A DNA stretch of 64,000 nt from an uncultured delta proteobacterium (GTDB lineage: Bacteria > Desulfobacterota > Syntrophorhabdia > Syntrophorhabdales > WCHB1-27). Below, piece after piece: positions 20,670 through 29,710 of the stretch. Each line of letters starts with the position of its first letter. The first letter of the stretch is position 1. Where the stretch lies: assembly GCA_963810935.1 (NCBI GenBank), contig CAWEPK010000012.1:32001-96000 (forward strand), given 5' to 3'. The notes under the pieces are model-generated. The model was given only the letters and a program-made list of their open reading frames with translations, did not search any database and was not told the origin of the DNA. The position numbers were made by a program, and so were the translations under genes.

Positions 20670-21445
20670 TGATACACCCCCTTGTCCTTCAGGATGCCGA
20701 GAAGCTCCTTGCACACCCCGTCGGGCTCCCCTTGCAGCATGACGGCGCCGCCCTTCTTCGCGGGGTAGACCCACCTGACGAGGTCGATCATGCCTGCCGC
20801 GCCCTCTTTATATGCGCCTGCCTTGAAGACCTTCCTCTCGACCTTCGACGCCTTCCTGATGCCCATGATCGATACGTAGCGCGGCTCGTTGATCCCGCTC
20901 TGAATGCCGAGGACGCACGGCAGCGCAAGATTGACGCGCTCCTGAAGGCCGCCTTCCAGCTCCCGCCGTATCGTCGCCCGGCCCTGCTCGAAGGCATCGA
21001 TGCCGATCACCATGGAGGCATAGGGCAGCCCCAGCTTTGCAGCGAGGATGCCGCCGACGGACGCGAACTGGTCGTCCTCGGACTGCACGCCCGTAAAGAT
21101 CGCGTCGAAGGAGACGGACTCTTTCTTGAGGAAATCATAGAGCAGGCCGGCCCTCGCCATCGGGTCGTTAAAAGGGTCTTCGGACTCGACGAGGAAGCCG
21201 TCTTTCGCGCCCATCGCGATGGCCCTTCTCAGGACCTCGTCCGATTCGGCGTTGCCCATGGATATCGCCGTCACATCGCCGCCCGCCTTCTCCACTATCG
21301 AGACCGCTGCCTCGACCGCGTAGTTGTCCCAGTCGTTCACCTTGAACGGCACCTTCGAAAGATCGACGCGCTGCCCGTCGTCGACGATGCGCAGCTCCTC
21401 TTCCTGTGTAGCAGGGACTCGCTTCGTGAACACCAACAGGTTCAT
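20666..21445 (-). CDS. etfB: Electron transfer flavoprotein beta subunit
   Basis: KRVP, NDWDNYAVE, RAIAMGA, RRELEGG, INEPRY.S..GI. Confidence 0.93.
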   Translation of the reverse strand: MNLLVFTKRVPATQEEELRIVDDGQRVDLSKVPFKVNDWDNYAVEAAVSIVEKAGGDVTAISMGNAESDEVLRRAIAMGAKDGFLVESEDPFNDPMARAGLLYDFLKKESVSFDAIFTGVQSEDDQFASVGGILAAKLGLPYASMVIGIDAFEQGRATIRRELEGGLQERVNLALPCVLGIQSGINEPRYVSIMGIRKASKVERKVFKAGAYKEGAAGMIDLVRWVYPAKKGGAVMLQGEPDGVCKELLGILKDKGVYQ

Positions 21446-22537
21446 CTATATGACCTCCATAAGTATCTCTGAAAGCTCCTTGACCGTCTGGCCCTTCTCC
21501 TTTGCCGCGTCCTCCAGGGTCATGAGGCAGAACGGACAGGCCGTCGCTATGATCTCGGCGCCCATCTGCGCCGCATCGGCAGCGCGGACTTCCGCGTTCC
21601 GCAGACCCTTCGTCTCCTCCACCTCGAAGAACATCCTGCCGCCCCCGCCCTCGCAGCAAAGCGACGTCTCCCTCGAACGGCTGAACTCCAACAGCTCCAG
21701 TCCCCCGATGGAGCGCAGCACGTTCCTGGGCTCGTCGAAAACACCGTTCTGCTTGCCCAGGAAGCAGGGGTCGTGATATGCGACCTTATGCTCGTACTTC
21801 CCCTCGATCTTTAAGGCCCCTTCCCCGATAAGCCGGGCGAGGACCTCCGAATAATGGGATACCTTTATCCCAAGGTCTCCGTATTCTTTTTTGAGGGCGT
21901 TCATGCAATGGGGCGAAAGGGCGATGATCTCGCGCACCCCGTATTCCTTGAGGGCCTCGCAGTTCTCCTCGCGAAGCTCGTCGAAGAGGCCCGTCTCGCC
22001 TATCCTCCTGATCTCGTTGCCGCAGCAGGCCTCCTCTTCCCCCAGCACGCCGAACTCATAGCCCGCCTTGTGGAAGAGGGCAGCGACGTTTGCAGGGATG
22101 ACCATGCAGCGGGGGTCGTACGCCTGGATGCAGCACGTGAAAAGGAGCCGTTTCGACGTCGTCTCGCCGACGTGGGGCACATCGAAGCCCGCCTTCTCGA
22201 CCCACGCTCCCCTTTTGGCGCGCGAGCGGCCCCAGGGGTTCTTCTGCACGAAGGTATTTTCCAATGCCTTCTGGACCGATACGGGTATGCGCCCCTCTTC
22301 GACGAGCGAAGACCTGACCTCGATAACGACTTCCGAAGGTTTTACGTCCCTGGGGCACCGGAGCGTGCAGGCGCCGCAGGAGGTGCAGTACCAGGGGATA
22401 GCGGCCTCCACGTCGCGCATGAACTGTCTTTTTCGGACCATCATGCGGATGTTGAAGGCGGTCCTGCCTGCCTCGGGACAGCTCCCGGTGCACCGGCCGC
22501 ACTGTATGCACGTTAGGAGGCGACTGCTAGGCTCCAA
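21446..22537 (-). CDS. Soluble (Fe-S)-binding CCG-domain oxidoreductase (HdrD/HdrF/GlpC-like)
   Basis: CIQCGRCTGSCP, WYCTSCGAC..RCP, NPWG, ACCG, YHDPCFLG, CCEGGGG, TACPFC; no N-terminal TM segment. Confidence 0.85.
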   Translation of the reverse strand: MEPSSRLLTCIQCGRCTGSCPEAGRTAFNIRMMVRKRQFMRDVEAAIPWYCTSCGACTLRCPRDVKPSEVVIEVRSSLVEEGRIPVSVQKALENTFVQKNPWGRSRAKRGAWVEKAGFDVPHVGETTSKRLLFTCCIQAYDPRCMVIPANVAALFHKAGYEFGVLGEEEACCGNEIRRIGETGLFDELREENCEALKEYGVREIIALSPHCMNALKKEYGDLGIKVSHYSEVLARLIGEGALKIEGKYEHKVAYHDPCFLGKQNGVFDEPRNVLRSIGGLELLEFSRSRETSLCCEGGGGRMFFEVEETKGLRNAEVRAADAAQMGAEIIATACPFCLMTLEDAAKEKGQTVKELSEILMEVI

Positions 22538-23672
22538 GGAGCTTCCTGCCGATCAAAACTTTCTCGACTTCTTTCGTCCCCTCGAAGATCTCGAACACCT
22601 TGGCGTCGCGCCAGTAGTGCTCGACGTCGTATTCCTTCAGGATGCCGTAGCCGCCGTGCAACTGGATCGCCTCGTCCGCGACTTTTACCGCGATCTCACA
22701 CGTGTACCATTTCGCCATTGCGATGAGAGCGGGGTCAACATCTCCCCTGTCGACCGCCGAGGCGGCTCTGTAATAGATGCTTCTCCCCGCTTCCACCATA
22801 GTAGCCATTTCCGCGATCTTGGCCTGGACGATCTGAAGGCCGGACAGGGTCGTCCCGAACGCCTTCCTTTTTTTGACATGGCTTATCGCTTTATCGAGCG
22901 CGCCCTGGGCCGTGCCGATGGCAAGCGAGCACCCGCCCTCGAGCCTGGCGCGGTTGAAAAACTCCATGAGCTGGTAAAAGCCCTTGCCCTCCTTGCCGAC
23001 AAGGTTGCTCTTCGGCACCCGGACCTCTTTGAACGCGATCTCCCCCGTGTCGGAGCACCTGATGGAAAGCTTGCCGTGGAGCTTGCTCGCCTCGTAACCC
23101 GGCCGGTCCGTCTCGACGACGATCGTCGAAAACCTTTCGTGCCGCTTGGGGTTCGTCGGGTCCGTAACGCAGAGGACGACTATGAAGTTCGCGCAGTTTG
23201 CGTTCGTTATGAAGGTCTTGGTGCCCGAAATGACATATTCGTCGCCGTCCGACACCGCCGAGGTCGTCATCGAGGCAACGTCGCTGCCCGCGTCCGGCTC
23301 GGTCGAGGCCATGCCCGCCCGCCAAACTCCTGCGCAAACGGGAGGCAGGTACTTATTCTTTTGTTCTTCAGTGCCGTAGAGGTTGATCATCTGCGTGCCG
23401 AAGTGGCACGCGTTCAGCGTTTGCGCAATGCCCCCGTCTACACGGGCAAACTCTTCGAAGATGAGGCACTGCTCGAAGCTGCCGAGCCCGGCGCCGCCGT
23501 ACTGCTCGGGTATGAAAGCGCCGATAAACCCGTTCTCGGCGGCCTTCTTCCATATTGTGTCGTCGAACTTCTCATTCTCGTCAAGCTCCCTCGCGACGTC
23601 CCTGAATTCTTTTTCGGCGAATTCGCGCGCAGCCTGCCTGATGTCCTTCTGCTCATTCGTCAGGTCGAACAT
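22527..23672 (-). CDS. Acyl-CoA dehydrogenase
   Basis: TEPDAGSD, GTKTFITN, R.AFG, AIQLHGGYG, IFEGT (catalytic Glu); start MFDLT at 23672 after a G-rich RBS. Confidence 0.95.
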   Translation of the reverse strand: MFDLTNEQKDIRQAAREFAEKEFRDVARELDENEKFDDTIWKKAAENGFIGAFIPEQYGGAGLGSFEQCLIFEEFARVDGGIAQTLNACHFGTQMINLYGTEEQKNKYLPPVCAGVWRAGMASTEPDAGSDVASMTTSAVSDGDEYVISGTKTFITNANCANFIVVLCVTDPTNPKRHERFSTIVVETDRPGYEASKLHGKLSIRCSDTGEIAFKEVRVPKSNLVGKEGKGFYQLMEFFNRARLEGGCSLAIGTAQGALDKAISHVKKRKAFGTTLSGLQIVQAKIAEMATMVEAGRSIYYRAASAVDRGDVDPALIAMAKWYTCEIAVKVADEAIQLHGGYGILKEYDVEHYWRDAKVFEIFEGTKEVEKVLIGRKLLGA

Positions 23673-23717
23673 GATTACCCCCCCAATTTTATGTTTCCCG
23701 TTCCTCACGGCGAATAC

Positions 23718-23733
23718 AGCAATCTTTATACCA
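23718..23733 (-). promoter_or_regulatory. Sigma54 (-24/-12) promoter for the acd-etf-hdr operon
   Basis: Minus strand TGGTATAAAGATTGCT = GG-N10-GC, about 45 nt upstream of the acd ATG. Confidence 0.75.
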
Positions 23734-23852
23734 TATCTTCCGCTTCCGCTATAACTATACGGTTGCACGGTGGAAAACGACGAAAATCAAAGGGCGGGCC
23801 GGGACGAGGGCAGCGGCGGCGCAGTTTTTGGTTATGGAAGATTTATTGAGAA

Positions 23853-23869
23853 TGTGTAATAATTACACT
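23853..23869. promoter_or_regulatory. Palindromic putative enhancer (bEBP site)
   Basis: TGTGTAA-TAA-TTACACT, with a perfect GTGTAAT/ATTACAC core, about 130 bp upstream of the minus-strand sigma54 promoter. Confidence 0.6.
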
Positions 23870-23939
23870 CAGCGCGCGTTTAGCCTGTTTTATCGGCTAA
23901 TTCACGCCGGTTCGCCCGCAAAGGGGGTGCGGGACGGAT

Positions 23940-25172
23940 ATGGACGGTAAGGCCGGAAAAGACCTGTCGGCACACGCCAAAAAGGCCCGTCAAAGAGCAG
24001 GCGGCGGCCAACCCGCCCGAAGGCGGCGCCCGCAGCCAGGCCGAAGAAACAAAAAGGCGACGACGAGTTCCTCCGCCTGAGCGAGTTCAATAAAGCCATT
24101 ATCAGCCACTCTCCCGTCGCAATCTTCACCCTCGACAAGGACGGCGTCTTCACCAGCGTCAACCCGGCCCTCGGCGTCATTTCGGGCCTGGGGCACAACG
24201 CGGGCAAGAAGCTCATCGGGTTCAATTGGCTCAGGAACTCGTACACGATAAAATCGGGACTGGCGGCCCACATCACCCGCGCCCTCGAAGGCGAGCCGTT
24301 CCAGCTCTGGGATTTCCCTTTCATAACCTACGAAGGCGACAGCAATAATTTCATCGACTTCAAGGGCGTCCCCCTAAAAGCGAAAGACGGCACGATCGAG
24401 GGCCTGCTCTGCATGATCGAGGAGACGACCGAGCGCGTAGAGACAAGGGCCCTCCTCATGCAGGAGGCGCGCAAATCGGCGGTCGGCAGGCTCGCGGCGG
24501 GGATCGCCCACGAGCTGAACAACCCCCTCGCTACCCTCGTCGCCCACGTGGAGCTTGCGGTCAACTACCTGAAATCGCTCGAAGCATCGACTGCGGATAA
24601 GGCGCTCCTCGACGAGCTGCGCGACTACCTGTCCGTCATCGAGACCCAGGCGTTCCGCTGCAAGGACGTCACGGGCAGCATCCTCAGCCTGCCCTGGAAA
24701 GAAGGGCTCGAAATTACGGAGATCGATATCAACGGCCTTCTCGACAGCATCGTCGACTCGGCGGACACGGGCAAATCAGAGGCGCGGATCGTCAGGGAAT
24801 TCTCCCCCCTGCCGAACGTCCGTGGCAACGTCGAGCTCTCTGCGGCAGGTCTTTTTGAACCTTATCAGCAACGCGTGCGACGCAGTCGAGGGAAGGATGG
24901 GCGCAACCGTGCGCGTGACGACTTCCGCCCCGGCCGGCGAGGTAGTCGTCCGCGTCCGCGACAACGGCAACGGCGTCCCGGCCGCCATGCTGAATAAAAT
25001 ATTCGAGCCGTTCTTCACTACCAAGGAATCAAAACAGGGGGTCGGCCTCGGCCTGGCCTTGTGCCGCGAGTTCCTTACCCACGCGGGCGGCAGCGTAAGG
25101 GCCGAAAGCAGTCCGGGACGGGGTTCCACGTTCATCGTCACCCTCCCGGCTAAGGGAGCGCGCAAGAGATGA
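23940..25172 (+). CDS. Cytoplasmic PAS-domain sensor histidine kinase (apparent frameshifts near 24052 and 24838)
   Basis: PAS (IISHSPVAIFTLDKDGVFTSVN), H-box GRLAAGIAHELNNPL, N-box QVFLNLISNACDA, DNGNG, IFEPFFTTK, GVGLGL; no TM helices. Start at 23940 is inferred. Confidence 0.8.
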
Positions 25173-26556
25173 TAAGAGTACTTATCGTCGACGACGAAGT
25201 ACAGCTCATCAAGGCATTCAAAAAGCAACTGACCGAGGACGGCATGTCGGTAGTCACGGCCGCCTCCGCCGGCGACGCGCTCGGCATCATTGCAGAGCAG
25301 ACTTTCGACGTGGCGGTCCTCGATATCAAGCTGCCCGACCTGGACGGCCTGGAGCTGCTCCTGCGGATGAAGCAAGCGGAGCCGAGTGTGGAGGTAGTTA
25401 TACTCACGGGCTACGCCTCCATCGACACCGCCATCCGCTCAATGAAGCTGGGCGCGTACGATTACCTGACTAAGCCGTGCAAGATCGCGGAGTCTGGAGA
25501 AAGTGATTGCGAAAGCGTACGAGAACAAGGCCCTCAAAGAAAAAAACATCGTCCTTGCGGAGCACCTCCACAGGATCGGCGCGCACGACGCTTTCATCGG
25601 CGAAAGCAAGCAGATCATGAAGGTGCGGAAGCTGATATCCATAGTGGCCGCCTCCGGCACGCCGGTGCTGATCCTGGGCGAGACCGGCGTAGGCAAGGAG
25701 GTCGTAGCCAGGTCCATACACGACCGTTCCGGGCGCGTCGGCAACCCCTTCGTAACGATCAATGCGAGCGCCCTCCAGGAGAGCATCCTCGAAAGCGAGC
25801 TTTTCGGCTACAAGAGAGGCGCGTTTACGGGCGCCCAGGCAAATAAGCTCGGACTCCTGGAGATAGCCCATAACGGCACTTTTTTCATCGATGAGGTGGG
25901 CGACATGGGCATATCCATCCAGGCGAAGATATTGCGCGCCCTGGAGACGGGGGCCTTCATGAAGCTGGGCGACACGAAGGAGACGAAGGTGGACACCCGC
26001 TTCATATTCGCCACGAACAAGGACCTTAAAAACAAGATAGAAGAAGGTCTTTTCAGGAAGGACCTTTTCTTCAGGATTAACGGCTTCACGATCACCCTCC
26101 CTCCCCTGCGCGAAAGGAAGGGCGACATCCTCCTGCTGGCGAATTACTTCCTCGAAAAACTGAACAGGGGGAGCACCAGAAAGCGCCTATCGAGGGACGC
26201 GGCCGATTGGCTGGTCACTTACGAATGGCCGGGCAACGTCAGGGAGCTGGCAAACGTCGTCGAGCGGTCACTCCTTCTCAGCGGGCCGCGTGAGGAGATC
26301 GTAGTCGATGATTTCCCCGAGTCCATGCAGCCGGACGGAAACGCAGTCGAGGTCAGCGCGGCAGGAGGGCGGCGGCCAGGCGGATGTTTTCGAGCTTGCC
26401 CGTCTCGAAGACGAGCATATCGGAAAGGCGCTTCACTCTGCGATGGGCAACAAGAGCAAGGCCGCGCGGTTACTCGGGATCAGCAGGAAGACGCTCTACA
26501 ACAAGCTCATGCGCGGCACGAGCGGCGAAGGCCGGGGGAAAGCCGGGCAGCGGTAA
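25169..26556 (+). CDS. Sigma54-dependent NtrC-family response regulator (apparent frameshifts near 25492 and 26380)
   Basis: Receiver (VDDE, LDIKLP, KP), AAA+ GETGVGKE, ESELFG..GAFTGA, FIDEVG, WPGNVREL; Fis-type HTH NKSKAARLLGISRKTLYNKL in a shifted frame. Confidence 0.9.
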
Positions 26557-26640
26557 GTGCGCGGCCGGGAAAGGCCGCCGGCAGGACCACCGCGTATACG
26601 GGGCAGTCCCCGGCCAGGAACACCCGGGTAGACTCCCCAC

Positions 26641-26676
26641 TGTATAAATCTTTTACAATTGGGTCATTTTGAGCCA
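26641..26676. promoter_or_regulatory. Tandem putative enhancer sites upstream of the TRAP promoter
   Basis: TGTATAA-ATC-TTTTACA (26641-26657) and TGGGTCA-TTT-TGAGCCA (26660-26676); same 7-3-7 layout as the 23853 site. Confidence 0.55.
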
Positions 26677-26741
26677 CATGGGCGTAGGCGATGCGGCCTG
26701 CTTCATCTCCGAAACGCGTTTATAAGCAATACAACGTATTC

Positions 26742-26757
26742 TGGCATTTTACTTGCA
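26742..26757 (+). promoter_or_regulatory. Sigma54 (-24/-12) promoter for the TRAP-CoA ligase operon
   Basis: TGGCATTTTACTTGCA = near-consensus TGGCA..TTGCA, GG-N10-GC, about 70 nt upstream of dctP. Confidence 0.85.
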
Positions 26758-26827
26758 TTTTTGAATTCGCCGATTGTAAAGTTAGTTAGAATTTAGTTCG
26801 AGCGCAAAGTCCAATTAAGGGGGGATT

Positions 26828-27850
26828 ATGAAAAGGGGAGGTTTTGCGTACGTCCTGGCATCGGTCCTGATCGCATCATTCCTGGCGGCTCCGGCCTGCT
26901 TCGCGGCAGACAAGGTCGTCACGCTCAAAGTCGCCAACTGGTTTCCCATAACCCACCAGCAGAGTGTCCTTCTGGAAGCCTGGTGCAAGGACGTCGAGAA
27001 GAAGACCAACGGCAAAGTTAAGGCCAATTATTATCCCGGCGGGACGCTCGTCCCTGCCGCCCAGGCATACGACGCGGTAACCAAAGGCATCTCCGACGTC
27101 GGCAACCACGTCCTCGGCTACACGGTGGGGAGGTTCCCATTGACCGAGGTCATCGACCTGCCTCACGGCTACCCGAACAACGTCATCGCCACCAGGCTGG
27201 CAAACGCGTTTTATAATAAGTTCAAGCCGAAGGAGTTCGACGATGTAAAGGTGCTCTGGTTCCACTCCCAGGGCCCGGGACTCGTCCACACCAAATCGAA
27301 GCCCATCCATAAGCTCGAAGACCTCAAAGGGTTGAAGATGAGGACTTACGGCTCTAACGCGAAGCTGATGGCGTACCTCGGCGGCGCGCCGGTCGCAATG
27401 CCGATGACCGACGTCTACGATGCCCTCTCCAGAGGCGTAGCCGACGGCCTTATGTGCTCTTACGAGGCCCTCGAAGGCTTCAGGACGGGCGAGCAGATAA
27501 AATACTGCACGGAGAACTACGGGACGTCATACACGGCCTGCTTCGTAGTGGCAATGAACAAAAACAAGTGGAATTCCCTTTCCCCGGACGTCCAGAAGGC
27601 AATCGACGAGCTCAGCCGTGAATACATAACAAAATATGAAGTGATGTGGGACACCATCGAGAAGAGCGGCAAGCAGTACATGCTGAAGAGGGGCGCGACG
27701 ATCATACCCCTCTCCAAGGCCGAAGAGGCCAGGTGGATCGAGAAGGCCCAACCTGTCTACGAAGATTACGTCAGCAGGATGAAGGCCAAAGGTCTGCCCG
27801 GCGCAGAGGCGCTCAAGTTCGTGCGCGACTTCCTGAAAACGGGCGGCTGA
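26828..27850 (+). CDS. dctP: TRAP transporter substrate-binding protein DctP
   Basis: Signal peptide, YPGGTL, GRFP, LEDLKGLKMR, GGAPVAMPMTDVYDALSRGVADG, WNSL.PD.Q. Confidence 0.9.
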   Translation: MKRGGFAYVLASVLIASFLAAPACFAADKVVTLKVANWFPITHQQSVLLEAWCKDVEKKTNGKVKANYYPGGTLVPAAQAYDAVTKGISDVGNHVLGYTVGRFPLTEVIDLPHGYPNNVIATRLANAFYNKFKPKEFDDVKVLWFHSQGPGLVHTKSKPIHKLEDLKGLKMRTYGSNAKLMAYLGGAPVAMPMTDVYDALSRGVADGLMCSYEALEGFRTGEQIKYCTENYGTSYTACFVVAMNKNKWNSLSPDVQKAIDELSREYITKYEVMWDTIEKSGKQYMLKRGATIIPLSKAEEARWIEKAQPVYEDYVSRMKAKGLPGAEALKFVRDFLKTGG

Positions 27851-27892
27851 AAGCCGACACGCGCCGACGTCTTTTCTTGATAGGAGTCCCAG

Positions 27893-28378
27893 ATGAACGG
27901 ATTCAATAATATCGTTCTGAAGTTGGCCAAGTCCATGGACGTCCTGGGCGGGCTCGTTCTCAGCTTCATGATGCTTATCACGGTGGCCGATGTCGTCCTG
28001 CGCGTTTCCGGCAGGCCGATAACGGGCACTTACGAGCTGGTCTTCCTGAGCGGCGCAGTCGTTATCGCCTGCGCCATCCCCATGACTTCATGGGAGGGCG
28101 CGCACGTCAACGTCGATTTCGTGGTCATGGGCTTTTCCAGGACCATGCGAAAGATAGTAACGGTCTTCACCAGGTTCTTCGGCATCGCCTTTTTCTTCCT
28201 CCTGGGATGGAACCTCTTTGCCCTCGGGACGGAGCTTTACAGCAAGGAAGAGGTCTCCCTCACACTCCACGTGCCCATCTACCCCGTCGCATACATTCTG
28301 GGGATATGCGCGTTCGTCGAATGTCTGGTGCTCGTCTCGGACATGATACAGACGCTAATGGAGGCCAGACATGAATGA
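27893..28378 (+). CDS. dctQ: TRAP transporter small permease DctQ
   Basis: Four TM helices, DV.LR..GRPI.GTYE, HVNVD. Confidence 0.9.
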   Translation: MNGFNNIVLKLAKSMDVLGGLVLSFMMLITVADVVLRVSGRPITGTYELVFLSGAVVIACAIPMTSWEGAHVNVDFVVMGFSRTMRKIVTVFTRFFGIAFFFLLGWNLFALGTELYSKEEVSLTLHVPIYPVAYILGICAFVECLVLVSDMIQTLMEARHE

Positions 28379-29672
28379 GGTAGCAATAGGCGTCATAGCG
28401 CTTGTCATACTGCTGGCCTTCTTCCTGACGGGTATAGAGCTTGCGTTCGCTATGGGGATCATCGGCGTGGCCGGCTTTGCATACCTGGTCGACGTAAAGG
28501 CCGCGATGGGCCTCATGGCGAACGATTTCTTCGACGCCCTGGCCTCGTACGGTCTCACCGTCATACCCCTCTTTATATTGATGGGCCAGATAGCCTTCAA
28601 CGCAGGCATCGCGAAGCGCCTCTACGACTGCGCCCACAAATTCATAGGACACATACCGGGGGGCATGGCCATAGCGACGGTGGCAGGTGCTACCGCGTTC
28701 AAGGCAGTCTGCGGCTCCGTCGCCGCCACGGCCGCCACGTTCGCCAGCGTGGCGGTGCCGGAGATGACCAAGTACGGCTACGCCAAGAAACTATCGACGG
28801 GCATCGTGGCTACGGTCGGCACCCTCGGCGTGCTCATACCGCCAAGCGTCGTGCTGATCGTCTTCGGCATCATCACGCAGATTTCGATAGGCAAGCTCTT
28901 CCTCGCAGGCATCATACCCGGCCTCCTGATCGCCTTCTTCTTCGTGGTGGTCATATTCGGATGGTGCAGGATAAATCCGGCCCTGGGCCCCAGGGGCGAA
29001 AGGTACGGCTGGGGAGATAGGATGAGAACGCTCCCTGAGATTGTGTGGCCGATAGTGATCTTCTTCGTGATCATCATCGGACTGATGAAGGGCTTCTTTA
29101 CACCCACGGAAGCAGGCAGCATAGGCGCCTTTGCCGTGCTCGTGCTTTGCCTTTTCAAAAGAAACATCACTTTCTCGGGGTACACGAAATCCGTCAGGGA
29201 AGCTCTGCGCACCGCCTGCATGGTGCTGCTTTTGATCGCCACGTCCAACATGCTCGGCCATTTTATCGCGGTAACGAACATACCGAACTACCTCGGAACG
29301 TGGGTCCTGAGCCTTAGCCTGCCCGCCTTTGCAATCATGATACTCATCTTCCTCGTCTATCTCGTGGGTGGCTCGTTCATAGACGATATGGCTTTTATGA
29401 TCCTGGCAACGCCCATTTTCTTCCCGATCATGACGAAGCTGGGATACGACCCGCTTTTGGTCGGCATCCTCGTAGCCCTTACCATCTGCATAGGCTCGGT
29501 GATCCCGCCCGTGGCCATCTGCGTCTTCGTGGTCAAGAACATAACGAAGGTGCCGATGGGCGTCATTTACAGCGGGGTTTATCCGTTTCTTATCTCGCTC
29601 GTGCTGGTAGTGATTCTCTGCTTTGTCTTCCCGCAGATCGTGCTTTTTCTGCCGAACCTGCTCATGGGATAG
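28371..29672 (+). CDS. dctM: TRAP transporter large permease DctM
   Basis: IPLFILMG, GTLGVLIPPS, KLFLAGIIPG, FTPTEAG; highly hydrophobic 433 aa. Confidence 0.92.
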   Translation: MNEVAIGVIALVILLAFFLTGIELAFAMGIIGVAGFAYLVDVKAAMGLMANDFFDALASYGLTVIPLFILMGQIAFNAGIAKRLYDCAHKFIGHIPGGMAIATVAGATAFKAVCGSVAATAATFASVAVPEMTKYGYAKKLSTGIVATVGTLGVLIPPSVVLIVFGIITQISIGKLFLAGIIPGLLIAFFFVVVIFGWCRINPALGPRGERYGWGDRMRTLPEIVWPIVIFFVIIIGLMKGFFTPTEAGSIGAFAVLVLCLFKRNITFSGYTKSVREALRTACMVLLLIATSNMLGHFIAVTNIPNYLGTWVLSLSLPAFAIMILIFLVYLVGGSFIDDMAFMILATPIFFPIMTKLGYDPLLVGILVALTICIGSVIPPVAICVFVVKNITKVPMGVIYSGVYPFLISLVLVVILCFVFPQIVLFLPNLLMG

Positions 29673-29710
29673 ATGCGCAACGGAATAGAAATAGATTAGG
29701 GGGGCCGGAA

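Noticed and set aside
24045..24060. Programmed ribosomal frameshifting at the A-run in the kinase gene and at other break points
   Set aside because: No consistent slippery heptamer or stimulatory structure across the sites; homopolymer-type sequencing error is more parsimonious.
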